Below, one piece after another: positions 26,874 through 37,200 of a DNA stretch of 64,000 bases. The translations under genes were made by a program, and so were the position numbers. This DNA is from an uncultured delta proteobacterium (lineage in GTDB: Bacteria > Desulfobacterota > Binatia > Binatales > Binataceae). How positions within the stretch are numbered: position 1 is the stretch's first letter; the number at the start of each line of letters is the position of its first letter. The DNA lies in contig CAVQEQ010000004.1 in NCBI GenBank assembly GCA_963711565.1, positions 128,001-192,000 on the forward strand, in the 5' to 3' direction. The notes below the pieces were generated by a model. It ran no database searches and was not told the origin of the DNA. It worked only from the letters and a program-made list of their open reading frames with translations.

Positions 26874-28190
26874 ATGCCCCCCAACGCGAACCAGGCGGCG
26901 CCCTCGGAAACGGCGCCCGATATCAACCCCGCAGACGCAAGCGATCTCTTTGAGGAAACCCCTCGCAAACTCACGGAGACGCTGCTCAAAACATTCTTCA
27001 CCGGTCTCACCTGGACTGCCGCGGCGCGCGGACTCACCTCGGTTGGCACCGCTGCGCGTTACGTAGTCTTCGTGCGATTGCTCAGACCCTTCGACTTCGG
27101 CGTGATTGCCAGCGCGACATTGGTTTGCGCGGCATTGAGTGCGGCAACCGAGACGCGCATGGGGCAGGCACTGATTCAGCAACAGGATCGGATCGATCCG
27201 TATCTGGACACGCTATTCACCACCGGTGTGATCCGCAGCCTTATCATCGGGGTGATCATGGTCGTGTTCGCGCGACCGCTGGGGAACTTCTTCCATCTGG
27301 GCAACTCCTACACAGTGTTCTGGGCGATGGTGCCGCTTCCAATCCTGCGCTCGATTCAAAGCCCCCGCATGATTTCGCTTTATCGGCGTCTCGATTTCCA
27401 TCTGGTGACCGTCCTGAACGTTTCGGAGGTTTCGGCAAGCTTCGCATTCGGTCTTATGGCCGTTCTGTACTGGCGCGATTGGCGCGGTCTGGTCTTCTCG
27501 ATGCTCGCCGGAGCGGCGACGCAGGCCATCATGACCTACTATCTGTTTCCTCATCGACCGCGCCTGGGTTTCAACCTGGATCGCGCGAAAACGCTGCTGT
27601 CGTTCGGATTGTGGTTCAGCGGCGGCGTGTTGTGCGAATTTATTGCAAAGCAACTCGACAATCTGACCGTGGGCCGTCTGTTCGGGCCGGGGGCGCTCGG
27701 TGACTACCAAATGGCCTTTCGTGCAGGCGAGATGCCGGTCGGTGAATTTACGATGGCCACGGCAGTCGTGACATTTCCGATGGCGGCTCGGTTGCGCGGC
27801 GACCGCCGCGCCAGGATGCGGCTGTTCTGGTCGATCATGGCGGTCGTCGGCGTGGTCGGGATCGGATACACCGCGATTATTTTCGCCTTTGGTCCGCAAC
27901 TCATCATGCGGTTGTTCGGGCCAGCCTGGATTCGCGCCGCGAATCCGCTGAAGGTTCTGTGCGTGTACGGACTCCTGCAAGGGTTCATGGTGGTCGGTCG
28001 AAGCTTTCTTGGCGGACTGGGAAAACCGAAACGCTACTTGCTAGCGTCGGCCACTCGCGCGGTGGTCCTGGCGATCGCTATCTACCCGCTAACAGCATGG
28101 CACGGCCCGACCGGTGCTGCGGTCGCAGGCGTCGTGTCGATTCTGGTCGCGATACCGATGATGCTCTACCTGCTGTATTCGACGAATTAG
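26874..28190 (+). CDS. wzx: Polysaccharide flippase (PST family)
   Basis: RLL.P.DFG, GQALIQ, LDNL.VGR.FG..ALG.YQMA motifs; about 12 TM helices. Confidence 0.88.
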   Translation: MPPNANQAAPSETAPDINPADASDLFEETPRKLTETLLKTFFTGLTWTAAARGLTSVGTAARYVVFVRLLRPFDFGVIASATLVCAALSAATETRMGQALIQQQDRIDPYLDTLFTTGVIRSLIIGVIMVVFARPLGNFFHLGNSYTVFWAMVPLPILRSIQSPRMISLYRRLDFHLVTVLNVSEVSASFAFGLMAVLYWRDWRGLVFSMLAGAATQAIMTYYLFPHRPRLGFNLDRAKTLLSFGLWFSGGVLCEFIAKQLDNLTVGRLFGPGALGDYQMAFRAGEMPVGEFTMATAVVTFPMAARLRGDRRARMRLFWSIMAVVGVVGIGYTAIIFAFGPQLIMRLFGPAWIRAANPLKVLCVYGLLQGFMVVGRSFLGGLGKPKRYLLASATRAVVLAIAIYPLTAWHGPTGAAVAGVVSILVAIPMMLYLLYSTN

Positions 28191-28199
28191 GACGGCGCG

Positions 28200-29231
28200 A
28201 TGAGTGACGTCAGCACGGCGCCGGCGGGATCGAGGCCCACGCGCTATCCGCTGGTCAGCATCGTAATCAACAACTACAACTACGGCCGTTATTTGCGCGC
28301 CGCAATTGACAGCTCACTCGCGCAAACTTATCCGCAGGTCGAAGTAGTCGTGGTCGATGACGGCTCGACCGACGACTCGCGGGAGATCATCGAATCTTAC
28401 GGCAAGCGTATCCTGTCCGTGATCAAGGACAATGGCGGGCAAGGGTCGGCGTTCAACGCGGGGTTCGTGGCCAGCCACGGCGAGATCGTGATCTTCCTGG
28501 ATGCCGACGATGAATTGCTGAGTAATGCGATCGATCGGGTGACAGCGGCATGGCGTCCGGGCGTGGCGAAGATCCAGTTTCAGCTCGAACTGATAGATGA
28601 TAGCAGCAAGTCACTGGGCCTGCTCGTGCCGCAGTACAACGGGTTCGTACCGAACGGAGACGTCAGGGATCGAATCACTCGCTTCGGTGAGTATCCCACC
28701 CCGCCCTCAAGTGGCAGCGCATACTCGCGCGCCGTTCTGAACCAACTGATGCCGCTGGACGAAGCTATATGGCTTCTTGCGGCAGACAGGCCGCTGTTTT
28801 TCCTGACGCCTTTTTTCGGCGATTTGGTATCGCTGTGTACGCCATTGGGCCGTTATCGGATTCATGCCGCCAACGACTCGCGTCTCAAGGGCCGCCATCT
28901 GGAAGCGCTTCACCGGCGATTGAGCGCGCCGTTTTTTGTCCCGGAGACGATTTGCCGTCTCGCGGCGTCGAAGGGAATCAAACTAGATCCGCAGGTGCTG
29001 GGCTCAACCTCGCGGGAAGTAAAACTCAAGATGGCTTCCGTTCGCCTCGATCCAAAGACTCATCCGATCGCGGGAGACACGCGGCTCCGGTTGCTCGTGA
29101 AGGGAATTAAAGCGTCGTTACGTGAACCGGATATGAGTGCCACGCTTCGCGCGAAACAGATCGCGTGGTTTGTCCTGATGGCGAGCGGACCGATGGCGAT
29201 CGTCTCGCGTCTCTCCGCGCCCACTCGATAG
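28200..29231 (+). CDS. GT2 glycosyltransferase
   Basis: VSIVINNYNYGRYL..AIDS, VVVDDGSTD, NGGQ.SAFNAGF, FLDADD. Confidence 0.92.
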   Translation: MSDVSTAPAGSRPTRYPLVSIVINNYNYGRYLRAAIDSSLAQTYPQVEVVVVDDGSTDDSREIIESYGKRILSVIKDNGGQGSAFNAGFVASHGEIVIFLDADDELLSNAIDRVTAAWRPGVAKIQFQLELIDDSSKSLGLLVPQYNGFVPNGDVRDRITRFGEYPTPPSSGSAYSRAVLNQLMPLDEAIWLLAADRPLFFLTPFFGDLVSLCTPLGRYRIHAANDSRLKGRHLEALHRRLSAPFFVPETICRLAASKGIKLDPQVLGSTSREVKLKMASVRLDPKTHPIAGDTRLRLLVKGIKASLREPDMSATLRAKQIAWFVLMASGPMAIVSRLSAPTR

Positions 29232-29278
29232 CCGCGGCTGATTGGCTTCGCCGCGACTCGAATCGCGAATCCTGCCGG

Positions 29279-29692
29279 CTACCGATCGACCACTTTGAGA
29301 ACCATAGGCTTCGCAGAAGCGTAATTCTGTTCGAGCACCAGATTTACGGTTCCTGGAACTTCCCGCAGGAAGTAGAAAACCTGCGAGCTTCTCGTGAATG
29401 GTGTCCAACCCTTCGGCCGGCGCGTGTCGGGCCCCGCTATCAATTTCAGGCCTGGACCGGAGTTTTTAACCACACGCCAAGTTGCGTCGTCGTAACGAGC
29501 CAGCGGAACCGTCACGATCAATCGCTGCCCGACCGCAAGCGCTACGGTCTGACCGGTGTCCATTATGTTGACCCTGATCTGGACCTTGCTCACCGGGCGC
29601 TCTGTGGAGGAAGAAGGCGCGGCAAAGATGAATAAAGCCAAGAGCGTGAATCCCGCGAGCAGGCCGCACTGACGGAGTATTCGTTTGTACAT
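29279..29692 (-). CDS. Small secreted protein, chagasin/I42-like Ig fold
   Basis: Signal peptide; DTGQTVALAVGQRLIVT...W...FYF....PGTVNLVL pattern; canonical NPTTG loop absent. Confidence 0.55.
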   Translation of the reverse strand: MYKRILRQCGLLAGFTLLALFIFAAPSSSTERPVSKVQIRVNIMDTGQTVALAVGQRLIVTVPLARYDDATWRVVKNSGPGLKLIAGPDTRRPKGWTPFTRSSQVFYFLREVPGTVNLVLEQNYASAKPMVLKVVDR

Positions 29693-29920
29693 GGTTGCTG
29701 TTAGCCTCTGACCAGAACTCCTACCACACCGCGCGTTGCCGAAAAAGCGCGCGACAGTCGCGAATCCCCACCTCTGGCCTGCTCGCCCATAAACGGACCC
29801 GCCTTGGCCTAAATCAGCCCGCGTCGGGTGACCGCTAGCAAACTGAATCGCTTTTGAGTAAGTTAGCGCGCTGACCGGCAATCGACTCGTATTGTCGCGT
29901 TAATCTAGAGAGCTGACTGC

Positions 29921-30607
29921 ATGGCGTCACCGCAGACATTCAACAGGGGCAGAGAATATCGCGAGGAACCTCTACAGCCCTGGGCGCTGGAGTCCCCGCC
30001 CCGAAACGCGCTTGCGCTCGCAATCAAACGCCTTATTGATATCTGCGGCGCGCTGGCCGGCTTGGTGGTCGGCATGGTCGCGTACCTCGTCTACAATAGG
30101 CGGATTCGTCGCCAATCGGGTGGCTCGGTCATCTTTCGCCAGGCGCGCGTCGGCGAGGGTGGTCGCGAGTTCGAGATGTACAAACTCCGAACGATGAAAA
30201 CCGATGCTGAAGTGGCATTGGAGAAGCTCCACGCGCACAACGAGATGCGCGGACCGGTTTTCAAGATCCGCGACGACCCCAGAATCATTCCGATCGGAAA
30301 ATGGCTCAGAAAATATCACGTGGACGAATTGCCCCAGTTCTGGAACGTGCTCAAAGGCGACATGAGCCTCGTCGGACCGCGCCCGCCGACGCCTGCCGAA
30401 GTCGAACGATACGCGCCCCATCACCTGATGCGGCTGAGATCGAAGCCGGGGCTGACCGGGTCGTGGCAGCTCTACGGCAACTCAGTCAGCGACTTCGAGG
30501 ATATCGTCAAGCTCGACTGCCGCTACATCGACCAGTGGTCGCTGTGGCTCGACCTGAAAATTCTGGTGAAGACTATTCCCAAGATTCTCAGGGGCGGAGG
30601 ATGGTAA
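29921..30607 (+). CDS. Priming (initiating) phosphoglycosyltransferase, bacterial sugar transferase family
   Basis: IKRLIDI, F.MYKLRTM, DDPRI, DELPQFWNVLKGDMSLVGPRP, KPGLTG.WQ, WSLWLDLKI. Confidence 0.95.
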   Translation: MASPQTFNRGREYREEPLQPWALESPPRNALALAIKRLIDICGALAGLVVGMVAYLVYNRRIRRQSGGSVIFRQARVGEGGREFEMYKLRTMKTDAEVALEKLHAHNEMRGPVFKIRDDPRIIPIGKWLRKYHVDELPQFWNVLKGDMSLVGPRPPTPAEVERYAPHHLMRLRSKPGLTGSWQLYGNSVSDFEDIVKLDCRYIDQWSLWLDLKILVKTIPKILRGGGW

Positions 30608-30620
30608 CGTTGCAGGGTAG

Positions 30621-31217
30621 ATGACGATAGCATCCGCAGTTCGCGCAGTGATTCGAGATCAGGGCATCCTGAAACTTCCACGCATTGCGCTCGATTCTCT
30701 CAAGCTCCTGGATTTTCACATTTTCGCTATCAATCGTGGAGATTTGTCGGCGCCGGTTCCGATGCCCGACGGCGTCGCTGTCTATGCCGACTCTTTGGAT
30801 CGACTCAAGCGCGCTCGCGAAAAGCTGCACGACCTGCCCAACGAATTCTGGCGCGATCGCCTCAACGGCGCGTTGCATTGCGCTACGGTCGAGTTCAACG
30901 GCGAACTGGCGGGCGTATTGTGGGTGTACGATTATCCGGCCGATCGTCCGATAGTTGTCCTGGAACCGGGCGAATCGGAGTTGACGACGACTTTCACGCT
31001 GGAAAAGTTCCGCGGGCGCGGACTCTACCGCGCGCTGCTGTGGACGGCGACTGAATGGCAACTGCGTCAGCGTCCGCGCCTGTTCATGGTCGTCGACAGC
31101 CACAATCAAACCCCGATGAAGGCGGTGCTCGAAGTCGGTTACCGCGAGGTCGGCGTAGTCCGGCGCCGCGCGATCCACGGGCCGAAGTTTTCGATTGCGA
31201 AGATGAAGTGCGTATAG
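30621..31217 (+). CDS. GNAT family acyltransferase
   Basis: FTLEKFRGRGLY acetyl-CoA motif, N.....VLEVGY. Confidence 0.7.
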   Translation: MTIASAVRAVIRDQGILKLPRIALDSLKLLDFHIFAINRGDLSAPVPMPDGVAVYADSLDRLKRAREKLHDLPNEFWRDRLNGALHCATVEFNGELAGVLWVYDYPADRPIVVLEPGESELTTTFTLEKFRGRGLYRALLWTATEWQLRQRPRLFMVVDSHNQTPMKAVLEVGYREVGVVRRRAIHGPKFSIAKMKCV

Positions 31218-31230
31218 GCACTATCGAGTT

Positions 31231-33258
31231 ATGCTGCGACTGACTAATCGATTGGCTATTGTGCCGGCGGTCCTCTGGCTATTGACGATAGCGTTGGCCG
31301 GCGCCGGGCGTTGCGATGGCATCGTGACGGGCGGGCTCGACGAGCTGGTGACGGGAGAGGTTTTGGGGCCGAATCTGCTGGTCAACGGCGATCTGCACGC
31401 CGGACTCAAAGGGTGGACGCTGGTCGATCCTGCATGCTTCAGCCTCGACGGCAGCGGCAGCAACGCCAGCCTCCGAATGCAGTTGCCATGCGGCCAGCAA
31501 TATCCGTACGCGGAGAACGCCGCGCAATGTCCCACCGGCATGTACACGATTTCGGCCGATATAAAAACTCAGAATACGATTCCACCCAGAGTGCGTGCCG
31601 GCGCCCGAGTCCGTCTGCTCCAGGTCGCTCAGCATAAGTGGGCGTTCACCAAGGCGGTTTCAGGTACCACCGACTGGGCTACTTCGGAGAAAGCGCACGT
31701 CCAGGTTGTGGACGGCAGCGTCGGCGTGTTCCGCGCGGAGGCGTTGGGCGAGGTCACAGGAACGTCGTGGTTCAAAAACTTTTTCGTACGCCGCGAGAAT
31801 CCGCCCGCACTGGATACCTTTCTGCTCTATCCGAACTACCGGGGATTGATGTTCAGCGACCAGAGCCAGGTCGCGCGGGTCGCGATCGAGGTTAACCCTC
31901 CCGAGAACACGACGATGGCGCAGCTCCACGTGGGGCTCGATCTGACGGACGCGGCCGGCAAAGTTCTCTCGACGCAAAAACTCTCGCCGCCGGCCGACGG
32001 CTCGATGGTCGCGACGGTGGACATGACAAGTCTGCCGCCTGGAAAATATCGGGTGCAGGGATACCTCGAAGGGCCGGGCAACAAGCGAATCCTCACGCAA
32101 TCGTCATACACGATCGCCAAAGTCGGCGGCGCGACGCATGACACGATGAAAGCGTGGATCGACGAGAACAATATTATTCACATGGGCGGCAAGCCCAGGT
32201 TTGTGATCGGCATCTACGATACGACCGGCTTTGCCAATCGAGCCAGTTACTTCGCGCCGCGATTGGAGGCGATAGCCAAGGCGCCGATCAACATGATGAT
32301 CAATTACTTTCTCTCCAACGGCAAAGCCGAGGTGATCTATCCTTACACCGAGGCGATGGCGCCGTTGGGGATTTATTACCTGGCAAGCGTGAACGCTTTT
32401 TTTCCGGAGATGAAGCCCTATCCGAGGTGGGCGCGCATCAGCGGCGTCGGCCCCGACGAGGTGATCACTCAATACGCCAAAGCATTAGCCGGCGATTCGC
32501 ATGTCGTCGGTTACTACACGTGCGACGAGTGCGCCAGCGAGGTCCAGCCACGGACATTCCATCAGTACAGCCTGATCAAGCAGAATGACCCGGGCAGTAT
32601 TACCTTCGCGGTGGAAAATCTTCCCGGCGAATATAAGTACTGGCGCGACACTGTCGATGTGCTCGGGGTCGATCCCTACGTTATCGGCAGCACCAAGGAC
32701 ATGAGCAACGTCGGCGATGTTACCCGGAAGATCATAAGCGCCGTCCATGACGCGCGTCCGGTGTGGGTGGTGATCCAGTTTTTCCGGGCGACGATGCTCT
32801 CGCACTTTCCCACCGAGCAGGAACTGCACGACATGAGCTGGATGGCTATCACCGAAGGCGCGCGCGGAGTCTTCTATTGGTCATACGGTCTGCGCGGACT
32901 CGATTGGGGCAAACGGGATCCGGTCCTTCGCCAGCAGCGCTACGACGAGCTGGTCAACGTGACTAAAGGAATCAGCGCGCTGGAACCGGTACTGCTCGCG
33001 CCGGATAGGCCCATACTCTCCGCAAATTCGGCGTCAGGCGCCGTGATTACCAAAGAGAAGGACCTGATGGACGGAAGCCGCTACCTTATCTCGTACAATC
33101 ACAGCGGCAGCAACGTTGACGCGAGTTTCACGCTGCGGCGGCAGGCACACGCGGTGTTAGTGGAGGGCGAGAATCGTTCGGTAACGCCGGAGCCGGGCGG
33201 CGCTGAATTCAAAGATACCTACGCTCCATTTCAGGCTCACGTCTATAAGATAGATTGA
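31231..33258 (+). CDS. Secreted GH-like protein (paralog of 20400-23036, without linker or ASH)
   Basis: Shared [68 protein letters not shown]. Confidence 0.75.
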   Translation: MLRLTNRLAIVPAVLWLLTIALAGAGRCDGIVTGGLDELVTGEVLGPNLLVNGDLHAGLKGWTLVDPACFSLDGSGSNASLRMQLPCGQQYPYAENAAQCPTGMYTISADIKTQNTIPPRVRAGARVRLLQVAQHKWAFTKAVSGTTDWATSEKAHVQVVDGSVGVFRAEALGEVTGTSWFKNFFVRRENPPALDTFLLYPNYRGLMFSDQSQVARVAIEVNPPENTTMAQLHVGLDLTDAAGKVLSTQKLSPPADGSMVATVDMTSLPPGKYRVQGYLEGPGNKRILTQSSYTIAKVGGATHDTMKAWIDENNIIHMGGKPRFVIGIYDTTGFANRASYFAPRLEAIAKAPINMMINYFLSNGKAEVIYPYTEAMAPLGIYYLASVNAFFPEMKPYPRWARISGVGPDEVITQYAKALAGDSHVVGYYTCDECASEVQPRTFHQYSLIKQNDPGSITFAVENLPGEYKYWRDTVDVLGVDPYVIGSTKDMSNVGDVTRKIISAVHDARPVWVVIQFFRATMLSHFPTEQELHDMSWMAITEGARGVFYWSYGLRGLDWGKRDPVLRQQRYDELVNVTKGISALEPVLLAPDRPILSANSASGAVITKEKDLMDGSRYLISYNHSGSNVDASFTLRRQAHAVLVEGENRSVTPEPGGAEFKDTYAPFQAHVYKID

Positions 33259-33324
33259 CGGCGCGGGTGATTCTTTAAGATCTTTTGCGAGTGCGCTAAG
33301 GTTTTTGATCGGCCCCGCCTCACA

Positions 33325-34230
33325 ATGAATAACAGCAAAGTATTGCGACTCCCCGGCTTCATTCATGTGGGACCGCCTCGCACCGGTACGACCTGGTTGC
33401 ATGAAGCGTTGAAGGGTCACATCGGGCTGCCGAAGGTCAAGGAGACGCGATTTTTCGATTCCCACTACGATCGCGGAGTCGAGTGGTACTGCGACAGGTT
33501 CGATGATTATCCGGCCGATGTTCCCGCTGGCGAGATGGGTCCCACCTACTTCTCGAATGCGGTCGCGCGAGAAAGAATCAAGCTTCATATTCCGGACTGC
33601 AAGATAATCGTCACTTTTCGCGAGCCGGCGTCGCGGCTGTATTCGATGTATCGGCTGACTCGAGCGGGACGCCATCCGGCGGAAGATACGTTCGAGGGAT
33701 ATTGGCGATACAAGATCGATTGCGGCGGGGATTTGTGCAGCTATGCCGTTCAGCTTGAGCGATGGCAGGCCGCATTTGGCAGGTCACGGGTGCTGGTGCG
33801 GTTCTACGATGATCTGAATTCGGACCCGCAAGGATACCTGGACTCGGTCTGCGACTTTATCGCAGCGCATCGCGTCGCGCTGGATTCCGCGAAGGTCGGC
33901 GATGCGAAGGTATATTCGGCGCCGGTAGCCGCGCGCTCGAGCGCTATCGGCTGGCGCTCGTTCGCGGCTCTCTACTGGGCTTCGCGCCATGGCGCGCGTC
34001 CACTGATCGAACTCGGCCGGCGGACCGCGTTGGGAAAGATGTTGCGGCGCAAATTCGTCGAGGACTTCCAGCCGCTAAGCGCGGAGGAGGCCGACGAGAT
34101 TCGCGCGATGACGCTGCCGGATACCGAGGAGCTCGAGCGAATGACTGGCAGAGACCTTTCCAGCTGGAAACCCCGCGCGCATCGCAAATTCGACGATGGT
34201 CGCGGGGAAGTTCGATCGCAAACCGGGTAA
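33325..34230 (+). CDS. PAPS-dependent sulfotransferase
   Basis: 5'-PSB GPPRTGTTWL, KETRFF, GEMGPTY, 3'-PB FREPASRLYS. Confidence 0.9.
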   Translation: MNNSKVLRLPGFIHVGPPRTGTTWLHEALKGHIGLPKVKETRFFDSHYDRGVEWYCDRFDDYPADVPAGEMGPTYFSNAVARERIKLHIPDCKIIVTFREPASRLYSMYRLTRAGRHPAEDTFEGYWRYKIDCGGDLCSYAVQLERWQAAFGRSRVLVRFYDDLNSDPQGYLDSVCDFIAAHRVALDSAKVGDAKVYSAPVAARSSAIGWRSFAALYWASRHGARPLIELGRRTALGKMLRRKFVEDFQPLSAEEADEIRAMTLPDTEELERMTGRDLSSWKPRAHRKFDDGRGEVRSQTG

Positions 34231-34238
34231 CATCGACC

Positions 34239-37200
34239 TTGCGGATTACGCTGTCCTCTTTAATTGCCGTGCTCGCGCTGATGGCCGGCGTGGCGCATGC
34301 GCAACCCGCGCCGCAACTCGGCCCCAGCGTCGCGACGATGTGGCCTTACACGCAGACGACCGGCCCCAATCTGCTGCCGAGCAATCCATTCGGAACCGTT
34401 GCAGGCGGATGCAGTCTCGCGGGCTGGACCTATCACAGCCAGGGCGGAGCCGAGTGGAGCGCGGTGCCGGACCCGATAGGCGGCGTCGAGAGCGGCAACT
34501 GCGTCGCGCAGCTTACCAACGCCGAGTCGTCCAAATTCGTTCAATCCGCCAGTCAGTCGCTGTCGTTGTCGCCGGGCTTCTACTCGATCCGATGCAACGT
34601 TGCCGCCAAGGACAACAACTCAGGCCAAATTTCCATCCAGTACGTTTATGCCGGTAAGGGTACGCCGCCGAGGAGCGTCAAGCTGGCTTTCGGAACGAAC
34701 CCGAATGACCCCAGCAGCAATACGCCGTCCAGCCTGCAGACAGTTGTGACGGGCGGCAGCTCGCCCGACCCGTTGTGTATCAACCTGGTGAATCCCGCCG
34801 CTGTGGTCGTCGCGAATCCCAATGACTGCAGAACCAGCGCATGGGCGAGGACGATGATCCAGCTCGTCGCCGCGATCAACGCCGATCCCAACTACCACGC
34901 CGAGATCCTCAGCCATCATACCTTCCCGCTGTCCACCGCACTGGATCCGTCGCAAGATGGCCAGGAAATTCTGACCTACTGCCCCGCGGGCGCGACCTGC
35001 CCGCCGTACCAAGCGTACCCGATCGGCGGCTCGAATCTGCTCAACGGCTACAACTGCCGCGTCGGCGGCATGAACACCGCGTTCGGCGCGAACCGGATTT
35101 ATGGAAACCATCCTGGATGGGTAACGCCCACGCCGCACGGGAGCCTGGGTGAAGTCAGTCCGAGCGCATCCAAGGTGATGCTCTGGCTGCAAACCTGGTC
35201 GAAACCGAGCGGCACCGGCTATTGGGGATTCGGCAAAGGCACGGGCCTTTTTCGTCTGGCCGATCCCGATGCGAACATTATGGTGCGTTTTCCGAATTTT
35301 CTGCACACCTACATCGACACGCTCGCGAGCGGCGCGGATCTGAAGGTGGATTATAGATCTGTCACGGGCGCGGCGTGCGCGGGCGCGCCGGATTGCGGGT
35401 CGGGGCAATGCGAGATGGAATTGCTGAGCGGCGACTCGATCATCGCGCATCAATGCGTCAGGCCCAGCAAGACTTGGCAGACCATCTCGGGATTCGGATT
35501 CGGCGCCAAGCCCGACGGCGACTACACGGTGCAACTCGCGGGCATCGCATCGATCAGGCCGTCGGCGAAGATCTCGAAGCTCGCGTATATTCCGGTCGCG
35601 TGGAACGGCTTCTTCGACGCCAACAACTGGCTGCACAAGCGCATCCCCGGCGCCTTCTCGCACGCGAACACCAGCAGCGACGGTCTCGATTTTTCCGGCC
35701 CGCTCCTGGCAATCGGCTTCTATGACACGCAGGCGGCTCACCTGGATCTTGCCGGCAACGAATGCGTGCTCAACGGCGTGGCGGGTACGCCACTCGGCAT
35801 CAGCTCGATTTCCGAAAGCGGCACGACGGTGATTGTCGCGACCGCGGGTCCGCACGGGTTGAAGAGCGGCGGCAATGTCGGGATCGCGCAGCTTCATTCA
35901 CCGCTGGCAGCGGCTGCTTATGACAATTCAAACTTCGGGCCGATTACGGTCACCGATTCCACGCATTTCACATTCATCGCGACGGCCGGCCTTCCGAGTG
36001 ACAACAACGACGGCGTGATTGGCGGGGCTTGTCCAGGGGGCCAGGGCTTCATCGGCGATGTTGCCCGCAACGCGCGCCTCGACCTCTATCTCAATTATTT
36101 TCTCGCCACTACGGATACAGCCGCCGTTGTTCAGTTGGGCCACGCGCTTCAGAAAGAGCCCGGCGGAGGCATCCTTAGGATCGATTCGGTCAATCAATCC
36201 TTCTTTCCATGGAAGGGCTATGACCCGGAGTTGACTGGTAACGTGCTGTCCGGTGACCCGGCGCACACCGGCTGCTATTGCACCTGCACGTCGAACGCGA
36301 ACCCGGCGTGCGCTGCTGCGACCGATCCGAAAAACAACAAGACCTGGAATGTCGCCGGCTACTGCGGAGCGAACAACTCGACGCTCGGCCGTCCGTCTTA
36401 TTATGTCGGCGATCTTTGCGCGCCGGGATTCTTCGATGATCTCGATCACCGGCTCGGCGGCGGCGGAAACAATCCGCCCGGACTTGGGAGTGCATCGACC
36501 AGCGCACAGACCGGCGATCCGAGCTTTTTCGGAATGTACGTGCATGACGAGCCTACGATCGAGTTTCTGCCCAAGGTGCAGAGCCTGACGCAGTACATCC
36601 GAACTTATTCCCGCTCCGCCGTGACCTTCGGTGCGTTCGCCGGCGGCTTTATGCAGACGCCCAACCAACTGTCCACCTGGCGTAACGTCAACGACGTACC
36701 GATGGTCGACAATTATCCTGTTGCTTACCATCTACCGATCGGCGGGAACTCGCCGACGACCTATCCCACGTTGACGCCGGATCCGACGCGATTTCCGGCG
36801 AGCGCCGGACTGCAGCAATCGGTCTGGAAGCTCCTGCTCTCCCTCAATGGAAATCCCACCACCTCGCCGATAACGCCGGGCACACGGCCGATTGGTTTCG
36901 TACTCGAGGATTGGGGCGCGCCGAATCTTACGCGGTGGGCGACGTTTTTTCAGGCCGAGAATATGGCGTGGCAGGCTATTTTCGGCGGAGCGAACGTCAT
37001 GATGCTCTGGTCGGCCGGTACCCTCGGCGAATTGTACATTCGCTCCTGCCCCGACTTCGGCAAGAATGCGGTCGCGTGCCAGGCGGAGCATAAGGCGACG
37101 GTTGCGATTCCACTCTTGCAGGAACTTGTGTTGTATAACCCCTTCATCGTGAGCACCGACAAGCACGGAGTACCGGGCCTTCCCGCCGGCGTCTTTGGCT

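Noticed and set aside
29700-29920. GGCCTAAA and GAAA motifs suggesting a c-di-GMP-I riboswitch upstream of the priming GT
   Set aside because: The P1/P2 architecture and GCAAA elements of the consensus could not be assembled
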